A DNA stretch of 64,000 nt, from assembly GCA_044226015.1 (NCBI GenBank), contig JBGAHS010000009.1, forward strand, positions 320,001-384,000, read 5' to 3'. How positions within the stretch are numbered: position 1 is the stretch's first letter; each line of letters starts with the position of its first letter. This document shows, piece after piece, positions 29,840 to 40,526 of the stretch. Below the pieces are notes generated by a model. It was not told the DNA's origin and did not search any database. It saw nothing but the letters and a program-made list of their open reading frames with translations. This DNA comes from Candidatus Obscuribacteraceae bacterium. GTDB taxonomy: Bacteria; Cyanobacteriota; Vampirovibrionia; Obscuribacterales; Obscuribacteraceae. The position numbers were made by a program, and so were the translations under genes.

Positions 29840-32800
29840 TTAGAGTGCCGCTTTTTTCTCCCAATCTGCATCAAAGCCAGAGCCTTCAGCTGCTATCTGC
29901 TTGAGGTCGTTATAGCACTCGCTCAATAGAACTGCTGGAATTTTTCCAAGCGGCATGAAATTTTGGTTCCATGAGTATGAATTACTTTCTTTCTGAAGGC
30001 GTGTGAAATAGATTGATTTCAAAGCCGTAGCGATGTCTTGTTCTGGCAGATAGCTGCCAGTGAATTCTATAGTCGCTTCTAGTTCTAGTGCACCGAATTG
30101 TTTGCTGTAGGTAAAGAAGCAGCCTCCGTCTTCCGCTGCACCTCTGGTGTAACCGAGTTTGGTGGCTTTAGAGCGCAGTTTGAAGGAAGAGATCATGTGA
30201 CCCTGGAAATCAGTGATGGCAGAATCCTTACTCTTCGATTCTGGCAGCGTGTAAGGATCTCTTCCAAACTGCTTGAACAGTGGTGTTACATCGTAGTCTT
30301 TGAAGTGATTAATCCAGCCCTCGCTAAGCTCTGCCGGACAATTGCAAGCATGTGCCACGTAAACTAAGGTGTTCGCTTCTAACTTGACCTCTTCGTCTTT
30401 TTCGTTGGTCAGGCTTCCGTCTTCAAGAGGGCGGAAACAAGTAAGAAACACATTTTCATTTGCGTTGTCGGCGGCTCGTTCAAAGGCTGACCAGACTATC
30501 TTATTGCAAAGTCTTCCGACTACAGGATGGTCAGCTAGATAATGCTTCCAGTCCTCGTATTTCCACGAGCGTTGTGTACACAGCGCTTCGTAAAGTCGTT
30601 CTGTCTGCCTTTTTACTACTTCTTTGATTGCCTTTTTGGCATCGGAAAACTCTTTCTTTGCTTCTTTTGCCTTTTCCTCGTCATCTTCTTTTCCAGGATT
30701 GGGCAAAGCCTTGAGGATTTTATTTTCACCTTTAAGCGTGACGACTGGTTCAAGGTCATCATTGAGTTTAACTTCGAATTGTCTTGGTCCGAAATCTAAC
30801 TCTAATACTGCATCTCTGCCAATTGGAACGCCATGCTCATCAACGGGGCGCTCAAACCCTCCATCGGGTATTGTTCGATCTGCAAGCTCGTCGATAGTCC
30901 AACCTTGCCGGTCAGCTTTTGCTTGAACATGTTCTTCAGCAGCCAATTTGACAGCTTTTGTTTTAAATCTATTGGCGAAGGAAAGTAATACCTGAAGAGA
31001 GATTGCCTGGTCAATCCATGATAGAACCTCAATGAAGGCCTTGCTGTGAGCAAGTTTGTTACCCGCATATTTGCGAATGTATTTATCAATCATCTTGACG
31101 CTATTGGTATCGCCCGCAGCAGCAACTATAGCCAGCATTCCTTTTTGATCGATAGCAGAATTAAGCAGCGTTTGTATGATGTTGTTGTAATAGATTTTGT
31201 AGAGTGCTTCTTTTGAGCCGTAGTATTGCTGCCATTGCTGACCATAAGCTTTCCAGTGTTGTTCTGCATCTGCGTCGGCTTTCTTATGTGCCTCTTCATG
31301 TGAAGGATGAGCGGTATCATAGGTTATCCACGAGGACAACACATAATTGGCTAGTGCGCATGTTTCAGAAGGCTTGCACATGGACAAGTATTTTCTCAAA
31401 ATTGGTCCACAGATTGGAGACTTCTGTTGTACGCATTGTACTAACCACCATTTCACGATTTCTGGTTCAACTTGCTTGCCAGTGTCTTGCCAGTGAATTG
31501 CAGGAAGGGAGCCTAGAGGAAACCATTCCATTCCTTTCGGCATTTTCTTGAGACCATTACTAGCTTCCTTTGCGAGTTCTTCTCGGTTGAGGAATTCATC
31601 TACGTTTGCATCAAGCTTGTCCAAAGCAATCATGATGATTCCCTTAGCAGCTTCATTCTTTTCCTTCTTAAACGCTGCTTTGAGTGGCTCGATCGCTTCC
31701 CTGTCTCCAAGCTCTCCTAGCCATTCGGCAGCCGCAGATCTGATGGTTTGTTTGCCGTCGGATAGAGCGGCGACCACAGTTTTTGTTTTATCAGGCTGTG
31801 CCGATAGCGCTTTTTGGGCTCGATGCCGTTCGCTTTTGGCTTCACCCAGGGCTAGCTCCCAGAGTAATGGTAAGAACTCTGATGGAACCTGCGGAAACAT
31901 CGCCAGCACCTTGAACGCATTTGTGCGCATTGTATCTATTTCATAGGGACTGTATTTATGGGAAGGCGCAAGGACGCTTCTTATGATTTCCGGGTGTTGT
32001 GCAAAGAGCGGCCAGACTTTGTCTTCTTCCCAATCGAAAAAATTTGCCCATTTGCTGTTGTTTCGCAGATAGGCCAGAGCTATCATGCCTGGCTTAGCCT
32101 CAGGAAGCGAAGCAACAGCAAAATCTAGTTCGCGAAGTGTTATATCAGGATGCTTTTGGCGATAACCCTCTATGAGTCCGCGGTTATACCAGTTTAGGTA
32201 ACCAGTATTATCCAAAGTGAGTTGTAGAAGTATTCGTGATAATCTCACGAGGTGTATTAGTTCTAGGTCCGCAGTATTATCGATAGAAGCATAACGTGCT
32301 ACAGTTTGTAAATAGAGGTTTGAAGTAAACTCTTTCTTTCTACCTTCGACAAAAGCAATGACATCATCTATTATTTTTTCATCAAATAACGAAGGTTTTT
32401 GCGGCTTATTCCTGTACCCTCGAGTTTCAGGATTGTCATAGAGCTTTTTCTCATCTTCGTAATTCGAACGCAGCAATTCATTGCTGCGCTCGAAGAGTTC
32501 TTTTAGCTGTCCTTTGAAAGATTCCGTAAGAGGCAGCATGCCCGTTTCAACTGTTAGCTCAGGAAGTTCTATGCTGAAGTCTTGTCCATTTTCACTGGCG
32601 CTGGTATTCAGGAATGTCGATATGCTTTGTTTTATCTTCTCGTTTTTTTCGCCATCGAGATGCTGCTGTAGAATTTCTTTTGATTCTGATCCGTAGAGTT
32701 TCCAAAGCAAGGACACCGCTTCTGTTCGCTCACTTGTGCTGTTGTTTTTCAAGCATTTTTCTAAATGTACTAGATATTCTGGTTTGCCTTTTCCATTAGA

Positions 32801-33598
32801 ATCAACCATGAGTTTCAGTGTCGATTGTTTCACTGATTTCTGTCCAGTACATGCCAGGTGCACAATTTTTGGAAGCATTTCTTCTGAAACATACTTACAT
32901 TCATTTAGAAACCCAAGAAGTTGATTGAGTCGCTCAGCGGAAGGTGAGTCAAGCTCACGAAGAATTTTTTGTTTGTGTTTTTCTGCCAGCTTTTCCAAAT
33001 CGGAAAAATAAGATTGGCTGTATCCGCTGCTGTATGATAAGAAGCCCCAAGGCATCGACTGACCGAAATTAGGAGTGATGAACGTCTCCAGTAGACCTTC
33101 TCCAGTCACTGTTGTGATATTGAAGATTTTTTCTAGGTCCATGGCAGACCATGGCTCTTTGTTTGTTCTCTGAGCCATTGCGCTATACAATGAAATTTCT
33201 CCAAAGATAAGGCAGAGTCCTTCTTGCCACTCATCTGGCTTCTTAAAGTACTGGTTGTGTTGAAACACAGTTTCGAGTACTTCCCCTATTCGGAGCCAAA
33301 CTTCCGGACCAGCCTCTTTACTGAGCGCAAATAGGTTATTTCGCTTAGCAGCGAGAGCTTCTTTCTCACCCCAGGGGAGGTCCTGATGGTATCCAATTGC
33401 TTTTGCTACTTTGTCGCTTTTGTGTATTGTGAGTAAAACGTCTGCTTCTTCTGAGTCCACAATATATTTGAGAATTTTTTTTGAAAGAGCTTCATCAGAC
33501 TTTGTGAGGTCTGCAAAAATCTCGGCCAATCTCTCAATAAACTTTTTCGGAAGCGCCTGTGGATTCTTCAAATCTTTGGTGACAAGAGTCTGACTCAT
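29840..33598 (-). CDS. DUF4132 domain protein with HEAT-like repeats (YehI-like)
   Basis: ELADRTIPDGGF, LDFGPRQF, HPVVGRL, PLFKQFGR, LLSECYNDL; HEAT repeat AAAEWLGELGDREAIEPL. Confidence 0.85.
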   Translation of the reverse strand: MSQTLVTKDLKNPQALPKKFIERLAEIFADLTKSDEALSKKILKYIVDSEEADVLLTIHKSDKVAKAIGYHQDLPWGEKEALAAKRNNLFALSKEAGPEVWLRIGEVLETVFQHNQYFKKPDEWQEGLCLIFGEISLYSAMAQRTNKEPWSAMDLEKIFNITTVTGEGLLETFITPNFGQSMPWGFLSYSSGYSQSYFSDLEKLAEKHKQKILRELDSPSAERLNQLLGFLNECKYVSEEMLPKIVHLACTGQKSVKQSTLKLMVDSNGKGKPEYLVHLEKCLKNNSTSERTEAVSLLWKLYGSESKEILQQHLDGEKNEKIKQSISTFLNTSASENGQDFSIELPELTVETGMLPLTESFKGQLKELFERSNELLRSNYEDEKKLYDNPETRGYRNKPQKPSLFDEKIIDDVIAFVEGRKKEFTSNLYLQTVARYASIDNTADLELIHLVRLSRILLQLTLDNTGYLNWYNRGLIEGYRQKHPDITLRELDFAVASLPEAKPGMIALAYLRNNSKWANFFDWEEDKVWPLFAQHPEIIRSVLAPSHKYSPYEIDTMRTNAFKVLAMFPQVPSEFLPLLWELALGEAKSERHRAQKALSAQPDKTKTVVAALSDGKQTIRSAAAEWLGELGDREAIEPLKAAFKKEKNEAAKGIIMIALDKLDANVDEFLNREELAKEASNGLKKMPKGMEWFPLGSLPAIHWQDTGKQVEPEIVKWWLVQCVQQKSPICGPILRKYLSMCKPSETCALANYVLSSWITYDTAHPSHEEAHKKADADAEQHWKAYGQQWQQYYGSKEALYKIYYNNIIQTLLNSAIDQKGMLAIVAAAGDTNSVKMIDKYIRKYAGNKLAHSKAFIEVLSWIDQAISLQVLLSFANRFKTKAVKLAAEEHVQAKADRQGWTIDELADRTIPDGGFERPVDEHGVPIGRDAVLELDFGPRQFEVKLNDDLEPVVTLKGENKILKALPNPGKEDDEEKAKEAKKEFSDAKKAIKEVVKRQTERLYEALCTQRSWKYEDWKHYLADHPVVGRLCNKIVWSAFERAADNANENVFLTCFRPLEDGSLTNEKDEEVKLEANTLVYVAHACNCPAELSEGWINHFKDYDVTPLFKQFGRDPYTLPESKSKDSAITDFQGHMISSFKLRSKATKLGYTRGAAEDGGCFFTYSKQFGALELEATIEFTGSYLPEQDIATALKSIYFTRLQKESNSYSWNQNFMPLGKIPAVLLSECYNDLKQIAAEGSGFDADWEKKAAL

Positions 33599-33730
33599 AC
33601 GAAAATCTCCCTGCGACTGTTCGCAAAACCGACAACGAGGCTCCTGGGTTCAGGATGATCTTTCCCTCAAAACAGGATTTCGACGCCAGTCTTCGTTAAT
33701 TTAGGCAGAAAAATTCTTATTTGTTCAGGA

Positions 33731-34516
33731 TCAAAGTCCTACCTCAAGACGCGAAACTCTAAACGCTGCATCGAGTGGTTGGTCAGAATATCTTTTGATG
33801 TAACCGCTGCCTCCTAATGGTTTGCTTTTAGCAGCTGCCTTGTAATAGCGCAATGCAGCATCGGTTTTTCCTTCTGCCTCACAGCAGACACCCAGGTAAT
33901 AATCAGGACCGTTGTAATAATTTGCTGGAAGCTCTCCTGGAAGTGCTGGCTGAAATTTACAGGCATTATTCAGGCAAGCTCTGAAGTCGGTTTCAGCTGA
34001 GTGGGGACGATCCATTTCCAACATCAGTTTGCCGTGTGCAAAGCGGGCGTCTGCCGAACTAGGACTTAAGCTAATTGCTCTGTCTAAATCAGCTTTAGCC
34101 TGCTCATACATTTTGAGGTCCATATAACAGATGCCTCGTTCGGTGTAAGCTGGTCCGTATGTCGGATCCAATCTGATGGCTGCTGACAAATCTCCAATTG
34201 CGTAACCTGTGCAGCCAATTATTCCGTAAAGATAACCTCGCATGTAAAGAGCCTTTTTGTTCGAAGGATTTTGCTTTATCAAAACGCTGGATGTATTGAG
34301 TACTTTTATCAGGTCGTTTCCCACAGATGTTTTACTGGCACTTTCTCTCCAGCTGTTGAGAATGCTCAATTCGTTGACTTTTTCATCAGAACTCGCCGTC
34401 GAATTCGCGGAGCCAACTTCGCTTGCTGTCATCATGCTCAGTATTATTGTAAAGCTAAGTCTCGCAATTGTTGCTGCACCTTTTCTGTTGCTGTGTCTGT
34501 TTTTGGCTAATTTCAT
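33731..34516 (-). CDS. Exported TPR protein
   Basis: GGAGGAG RBS before ATG 34516; TPRs (DLSAAIRLDP, DLDRAISLSP). Confidence 0.82.
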   Translation of the reverse strand: MKLAKNRHSNRKGAATIARLSFTIILSMMTASEVGSANSTASSDEKVNELSILNSWRESASKTSVGNDLIKVLNTSSVLIKQNPSNKKALYMRGYLYGIIGCTGYAIGDLSAAIRLDPTYGPAYTERGICYMDLKMYEQAKADLDRAISLSPSSADARFAHGKLMLEMDRPHSAETDFRACLNNACKFQPALPGELPANYYNGPDYYLGVCCEAEGKTDAALRYYKAAAKSKPLGGSGYIKRYSDQPLDAAFRVSRLEVGL

Positions 34517-34669
34517 TGCTCTCCTCCACTGTTCATCTTGCTTCTCGCTGCAATGAGGTAACTTGTTCATCGTAGACAAATAAGTTGGTGGAAGAATGAA
34601 TATTGTGGAGAAATCTTGCAAATCAGGTGATTTCTGGGTACAGAGTTTAGTGATTACTTTTCATACTTT

Positions 34670-35395
34670 ATGAGCAAGAAAGAACTGGAAAAACGCGACT
34701 CGGACTTCACTATCACACCGGCGCGACTTGGCGTGGGCAGAACTGGTACGCGACCAAAATCTTCTGATTTGATTCAGTTTCGAGCTGACCACGCCAAGGC
34801 TCGAGATGCTGTTAAAAGCGTGCTTAGCGCTGACTTTATCGTGCGTATGCAAGACAAATATGGGGCTCGTCGCATTAAAAGCGTCTGCAAAGACAGAGCT
34901 GAATACATAAGGGTTCCACCAAAGGGAAAGATTTGCAGCAATGAAGATCTTCTAGAACTTCCTCGAACTTGCAAAACAGGAGTTGATGTTCAAGTCTTGC
35001 TTAGTGACGGACTGTCAGCAATTGCACTTGAACAAAACGCGCCAGAGCTATTGCCTATTTTGCTCGATGGACTGGAGTTGAACGGGTTTACAGCCGGTAC
35101 GCCGATTGTGGCTGAACTAGCTCGAGTCGCGATTGGTGATATGATTTCATATCAGTTGAAAGCACGGTTGGTTATTAATTTGATTGGCGAGCGACCGGGA
35201 CTTTCCTGTGCGGAGAGTTTGAGTGCATATATAACTCTCAGTCCAGGACCTGATACTATCAGTTCTGACCGAACTGTGGTTTCGAACATCCACAGAGCTG
35301 GAACGCCTCCTCTTGAGGCTGGTGCCTATATAGTTGAGCTGGTGAAAAGGATCTTTCAGCTTAATATGAGTGGTGTGAAACTTCAACAGGCATGA
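34670..35395 (+). CDS. eutC: Ethanolamine ammonia-lyase small subunit
   Basis: TPARLGVGRTG, DHAKARDAV, DGLS, LIGERPGL, ESLSAY, SNIHRAG. Confidence 0.95.
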   Translation: MSKKELEKRDSDFTITPARLGVGRTGTRPKSSDLIQFRADHAKARDAVKSVLSADFIVRMQDKYGARRIKSVCKDRAEYIRVPPKGKICSNEDLLELPRTCKTGVDVQVLLSDGLSAIALEQNAPELLPILLDGLELNGFTAGTPIVAELARVAIGDMISYQLKARLVINLIGERPGLSCAESLSAYITLSPGPDTISSDRTVVSNIHRAGTPPLEAGAYIVELVKRIFQLNMSGVKLQQA

Positions 35396-36825
35396 ATGAG
35401 GACGCAAACTCTTTAGTATCTGTTGGTATCGATATTGGTACCACTACCACACATTTGACTTTAAGTCGCTTGCTTCTGCAGAACGAGGCTGGACCTACTC
35501 AAGTGCCGAGAATCTCGGTTCTCGAAAGACAAATAATCTACCAGAGTGAAATCTATCGCACCCCAATAGATGCTGACGGCTGCATTAACGCTGCGGCAGT
35601 CGCTGCCTTGATTAAGAAAGAGTATGCACGAGCGGAATTCTCAAGTCTTGATGTGAAGACCGGAGCCGTCATTATCACGGGTGAAACGGCTCGAACACGT
35701 AATGCAAGGGAGGTCGCTGAGGCGATCTCAGAATGCGCTGGCGAATTTGTGGTGGCAAGTGCTGGGGCGGAACTGGAATGTTTACTGGCGGGTCGTGGAG
35801 CCGCAGCCGAGATTGATTCGAAAATTCAGGGAAAGACTATTTGCAACATAGACATAGGTGGTGGAACTACAAATATCGCTGTTTTCAGCGAAGGAAACCT
35901 GATTGATTCAGCTTGCCTTGGGCTGGGTGGCAGATGCATTCAGTTTGATTCTGTTGGTCGAGTATGCGGATTCACTGATTCTGGTGAGGACTTCCTAAAC
36001 GGCGTGGCGAAGTTTCACCTTTTTTCATCGGGTACTAAACCTGAGTACGAACTGCTCGAACTCACCGGGGCGCTGATATCAGAAATGGTGATGCATGCAG
36101 TGACGAGCAAAGCATTACCACAGCTCGTAAGACGTCTGATGCTAACAAAAGGGCTGTCCCATAGCTATTGCATAGACGAATATAGAGTCTCGGGGGGCGT
36201 CGCCGAGTGTATGCGTAACCCCTCTGCAGATCCTTTTCAGTATGGGGACATGGGAGTTTTCGTAGCTAGAGGACTAATAGGTGCTTTTCAGGAAAGATCC
36301 ATCCAATACAGTCTCGCCAAAACAGGAATTCGCAGCACCGTTATTGGTGCTGGAATGTACAGCATGCAATTAAGTGGATGCACCATAATGGTGACGAATG
36401 GCATTTTGCCTCTGCGAAATGTCCGAATAGTCTCACCTTTCATTAGTGATGATGCTCAACTGGATGAAAACTCAATATATGTCAAACTGAAGGATGCACT
36501 TGAAGCTGCTGGTGCCAAGAATGAAAAGCTTCCTGTGGCTATATCCATCTGTGACATATCTTTCTTGTCTTACGAACAAATTCAAGCGTGGGCTCAGGCT
36601 CTTGTTCGCTCATACAAGCAATCCGGTTGGAGTTTTCCTCTCATTGTACTGAGCAAGACAGATATAGCTCTTGCTCTGGGTCAGACAATAAAAAAATATG
36701 CCCCTGAAATTGAGCAGGTAATACTCGATGGTGTTGATACCAGCCCTGGTGATTTAATCGATATCGGGCAGAGTTTGCCGTCACGAAATTCTGTCCCGCT
36801 AACTGTGAAAACACTCATTTTTTGA
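35392..36825 (+). CDS. eutA: Ethanolamine ammonia-lyase reactivating factor
   Basis: SVGIDIGTTTT, GAVIITGETA, DIGGGTTN, TVIGAG, PLTVKTLIF. Confidence 0.93.
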   Translation: MNEDANSLVSVGIDIGTTTTHLTLSRLLLQNEAGPTQVPRISVLERQIIYQSEIYRTPIDADGCINAAAVAALIKKEYARAEFSSLDVKTGAVIITGETARTRNAREVAEAISECAGEFVVASAGAELECLLAGRGAAAEIDSKIQGKTICNIDIGGGTTNIAVFSEGNLIDSACLGLGGRCIQFDSVGRVCGFTDSGEDFLNGVAKFHLFSSGTKPEYELLELTGALISEMVMHAVTSKALPQLVRRLMLTKGLSHSYCIDEYRVSGGVAECMRNPSADPFQYGDMGVFVARGLIGAFQERSIQYSLAKTGIRSTVIGAGMYSMQLSGCTIMVTNGILPLRNVRIVSPFISDDAQLDENSIYVKLKDALEAAGAKNEKLPVAISICDISFLSYEQIQAWAQALVRSYKQSGWSFPLIVLSKTDIALALGQTIKKYAPEIEQVILDGVDTSPGDLIDIGQSLPSRNSVPLTVKTLIF

Positions 36826-37052
36826 AAGACCCCCTAACTTTCCATACTGGCGGGTTGATCTCTTGGAAATTACATAAAATCTAAGCGCTTGATAATCGTA
36901 TATTATCCAAACGCTACAAAGGCTCAATCCCTGCACCATCAAGCAATTTCAGAGAAATCAATAGAGGACTTTCTAATACACAAATTGCAAAAAAAATGTT
37001 ACTTTGAGAGCAGCTCAAATTTACGAAAGAAGTTATCAAGCGTTTATAGCGA

Positions 37053-38009
37053 ATGCCATTCACTTTTGCACATCCTGCCGCCGTATTACCCTTCAAGAGG
37101 TTCAGTCCGAAATATCTGAACCTGCCGGCGCTCATGATTGGCAGCATAACACCTGATATCGGGTACTACACCCATAATTGGATTTGGAGCATGTCCGGAC
37201 ATTCCTTCCTGGGCAGCTTGAAATTTGATTTGCCAGTTGGACTCTTGCTGACGGGATTGTTCTACCTGTGCATCAGACCACTGGCTCGTTTGCTTCCTTA
37301 TCCTCATAGAGAGGCTTGTAGCGCGATTTGTCCTGTAGTCAGGCTGCCAGGTCTCAGGTCCATCCTTGTAGCAGCAGTGTCTGTCGTAGTTGGTGCCTGG
37401 ACTCATATCTTCTGGGATGGTTTCACTCACGCTAATGGTTGGTGTGTACGTGAGTTTTCGGCGCATACGCCCGCTTTATTCATGATAGGCGCGTACAAAA
37501 TTACTATATGGCAGATACTTCAGCATGGCAGCACCGTATTGGGGCTGGCTTTTCTAGCGCTGTCGTATTGGCATTATACAAGTCGAACAAGGTTTGAACG
37601 TCAACGAACTTTGCTCAATCCGATTATGTGTAATCTAATTTGGTTTTTGCTCGTGGTACCGCCTGCGGTGCTAGTCATTCAAGACAATCTAAGCGTTTTG
37701 ACCGCTCATATCGGAACGCCTTATTTGGATGAGGCATCCTACGAATTCTCATATAACACTACAGTTGCTTATGTTTGTGCCTTTCTGCCTCTTGCAACTA
37801 TAGCGGGCGTTCTGGTTAGCATGTTGGAATACATTCTTATTCCTGCAGGTTCTTTTCCTTCTAGCAAACAATTCGAAGCAGCCAAGCTGGCAAAAGTTGC
37901 AGCAGCTGAATTCGAGACGAAAGAAGTATTGTCTACCCTGGGTTCGCTGAGAAACGCAGCGAATTCAGCTGCTGCGCCGGTTGTAGATTCACTAGCTAGC
38001 AAACCCTGA
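37053..38009 (+). CDS. DUF4184-family membrane protein
   Basis: MPFTFAHPAAVLP, GSITPD, THIFWDGFTH, LQHGST. Confidence 0.85.
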   Translation: MPFTFAHPAAVLPFKRFSPKYLNLPALMIGSITPDIGYYTHNWIWSMSGHSFLGSLKFDLPVGLLLTGLFYLCIRPLARLLPYPHREACSAICPVVRLPGLRSILVAAVSVVVGAWTHIFWDGFTHANGWCVREFSAHTPALFMIGAYKITIWQILQHGSTVLGLAFLALSYWHYTSRTRFERQRTLLNPIMCNLIWFLLVVPPAVLVIQDNLSVLTAHIGTPYLDEASYEFSYNTTVAYVCAFLPLATIAGVLVSMLEYILIPAGSFPSSKQFEAAKLAKVAAAEFETKEVLSTLGSLRNAANSAAAPVVDSLASKP

Positions 38010-38072
38010 TTCATGCAGTGCAATTAGTGAATCTTCGCTGCATTGCGGCAAGAATTCCAGTTATTTATCGAC

Positions 38073-38120
38073 TCAAAGAATAAAGCACCGGCTAGGTGAT
38101 ACCGGTGCTTTATTCTTTGA
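38073..38120. terminator. Bidirectional terminator (19-bp perfect inverted repeat)
   Basis: TCAAAGAATAAAGCACCGG-N10-CCGGTGCTTTATTCTTTGA between convergent genes. Confidence 0.8.
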
Positions 38121-38206
38121 TATTTCATTTTAGGTATATGGTTCGCTTTGCGTCATTATGCTAGCGGACAGAACCACAACTCTTGTGTTTATACTTGGCT
38201 TCGAAC

Positions 38207-39634
38207 TTAAAAGTCGGCGCTCTTAGGTGCACGTGGAAAAGGAATAACATCGCGAATATTACCCATACCAGTGACAAATTGCACGCAGCGCTCAAGACCC
38301 AGGCCGAAGCCAGCATGTGGCACCGTGCCGAACCTGCGCAAGTCTAGATACCACCAGTACTCTTCAGGGTGCAGTCCGCAGTCTCTCATGCGTGACTCCA
38401 ATACTTCCAGATTGTCTTCTCTCTGGCTTCCACCGATGATCTCCCCAATCTTAGGTACAAGAACATCCATCGCGCAGACAGTCTTACCGTCCTCGTTTAA
38501 TTTCATATAAAACGCTTTGATATCTTTCGGATAGTTGTAAACGATGACTGGTTTCTTGAACTTCTTCTCTGTCAAATAGCGCTCATGCTCAGTTTGCAAG
38601 TCGATTCCCCATTTGACTGGAAATTCAAATTTCTCTTCGCACTTTTCTAGAATTTCAACAGCTTCTGTATAACTTACTCTTTCAAATTCACTTTCGACGA
38701 TTCCCGTCAGTGTTGAAATGAGTGTGTTATCTATCTTCTCGTTCAAAAACGCGAGATCATCGGGACAGTTTTTCATTACGTCTGAGAAAATGCGTTTCAA
38801 GAAATCTTCTGCCAGGTCCATATCACCTTCGAGATCGCAGAATGCGACTTCGGGTTCGACCATCCAGAACTCTGCCAGGTGACGACTTGTATTTGAATTT
38901 TCAGCCCGGAATGTAGGTCCAAATGTATAGATGCTGTGTAGAGCTGTAGCAAAGCACTCACCTTCCAATTGTCCGCTTACTGTCAAGTTTGTTGGCTTAC
39001 CGAAGAAGTCCTGCTCGAAATCAATCTCGTTGGGCTTGTCCGCCAACTTTGGTGGGTTCATCATATCCAGCGTCGTTACTCTGAACATTTGACCTGCGCC
39101 CTCGCAGTCAGATGCGGTTATAACTGGTGTATGGACGTAGATGAATCCTCTTTCCTGATAGAAGTTATGAATTGAGCGACAAATCTCATTTCTAACGCGG
39201 AACACTGCGCCAAAGGTCATCGTTCGAGGACGTAGATGCGCAATAGTGCGAAGGTACTCGTAGGAGGTTTCCTTCTTTTGCAGTGGGTAACTGGCAGGGT
39301 CAGCGTAACCAAATATTTTTACCGACTCGGCCTTAACTTCCGTCGCCTGTCCTTTTGCTGGCGACGCTACGATGTTACCTATGATCTCGACACTACTGCC
39401 GATACCACAGTTCAGGATTTCAGATTCATAGTTTGGCAAGGCTTTTTCTGCTATGACCTGAACACCCTTGATAGAGGTTCCGTCAGTCAGGTCAATGAAA
39501 GAGAATCCACCTTTCGAATCTCTTCGAGAGCGAACCCATCCTTGAAGTGTCACCCTCTTTCCTATTGAATCGGCTAAGAGGGCTTGCTTAACTTTCATTT
39601 TCTCTGGAGCATCTGTTTTTGTGTCTGTGTGCAT
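38207..39634 (-). CDS. asnS: Asparagine--tRNA ligase
   Basis: [55 protein letters not shown] 39634 preferred. Confidence 0.97.
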   Translation of the reverse strand: MHTDTKTDAPEKMKVKQALLADSIGKRVTLQGWVRSRRDSKGGFSFIDLTDGTSIKGVQVIAEKALPNYESEILNCGIGSSVEIIGNIVASPAKGQATEVKAESVKIFGYADPASYPLQKKETSYEYLRTIAHLRPRTMTFGAVFRVRNEICRSIHNFYQERGFIYVHTPVITASDCEGAGQMFRVTTLDMMNPPKLADKPNEIDFEQDFFGKPTNLTVSGQLEGECFATALHSIYTFGPTFRAENSNTSRHLAEFWMVEPEVAFCDLEGDMDLAEDFLKRIFSDVMKNCPDDLAFLNEKIDNTLISTLTGIVESEFERVSYTEAVEILEKCEEKFEFPVKWGIDLQTEHERYLTEKKFKKPVIVYNYPKDIKAFYMKLNEDGKTVCAMDVLVPKIGEIIGGSQREDNLEVLESRMRDCGLHPEEYWWYLDLRRFGTVPHAGFGLGLERCVQFVTGMGNIRDVIPFPRAPKSADF

Positions 39635-39680
39635 TTTTGAGCATTTCTCCGCTGTGATATTTCCTGGTCTGAGTTGAAAA

Positions 39681-40319
39681 TTAAGGACGTTTTCGAACAA
39701 TGAATACGCCGTCTCTGATTGGCAACAATACTCTGTCAACGCGCTCGTCTTTTTCTATGCGATCGTTTAATTCGGCAATCGCTGTAGAGTTTTCGCATTT
39801 TGGATTGAGAACTTTGCCGCTATATAGAACGTTGTCTATAAGCATCAAGCCACCTGGTTTCAATAGTTTGAGAACGGCTTCGTAGTAGTTGCCGTAATTT
39901 GTCTTATCTGCATCAATGAAAGCCAGGTCGAATGAGCCTTGCAGAGTCTTCAATGTATCGAGAGCTGGTCCTTCTTTTATTGTAATTTTCTTTCCATGCG
40001 GGCTCTTTTGAAAAAACTGTCGTGCGATTTTAATTGTGCGAGGATCCAGGTCGCAAGTTATCAACTCGCCATCATCGGGCAATCCCTCTGCCATCGAAAG
40101 AGCTGAGTAACCTGTGAACATGCCAATTTCAAGCACACGCTTCGCATTTGAGACCATAACCATCATCTTGAGGAAACGCCCTTCGAGCGGTCCTGTCAGC
40201 ATTATTGGCAGCTCTGTCTCTTTATAAGTAACTTCTACCAGTTCGTTGAGCAGGTCACTGGTCTTTTCTGATTTGGAAATTGCGTACTTATCAATTTCTG
40301 GCGACACGAGGGCGAGCAT
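39681..40319 (-). CDS. SAM-dependent O-methyltransferase (caffeoyl-CoA OMT-like)
   Basis: [31 protein letters not shown] before ATG 40319. Confidence 0.92.
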   Translation of the reverse strand: MLALVSPEIDKYAISKSEKTSDLLNELVEVTYKETELPIMLTGPLEGRFLKMMVMVSNAKRVLEIGMFTGYSALSMAEGLPDDGELITCDLDPRTIKIARQFFQKSPHGKKITIKEGPALDTLKTLQGSFDLAFIDADKTNYGNYYEAVLKLLKPGGLMLIDNVLYSGKVLNPKCENSTAIAELNDRIEKDERVDRVLLPIRDGVFIVRKRP

Positions 40320-40526
40320 TTTGAGTCCTCCAAAGAAGAAAAGCCGCAAGCACGCTTGCAAATCTGTAGGCTTCTCCAAGAATCCTTGATTTATACCAGA
40401 AAATTCGGTTTTTCTGTTCCCGCTTGACAGCGAACCTTCTCCCATACTTTGAGCTGTGCTGCTAGACTTAGGCAAGATAAATAAGCGTGGCATTCGCGCC
40501 TCAGAAAATAAGGTTCACAATATTCA

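Noticed and set aside
33599..33730. Cobalamin riboswitch ahead of the cassette/eutB run
   Set aside because: Only a GGGAA fragment; no B12-box or GCCACTG core recognisable.
22600..34670. Mobile element carrying the yeh-like cassette
   Set aside because: No integrase or transposase, and I found no terminal repeats or target duplication.
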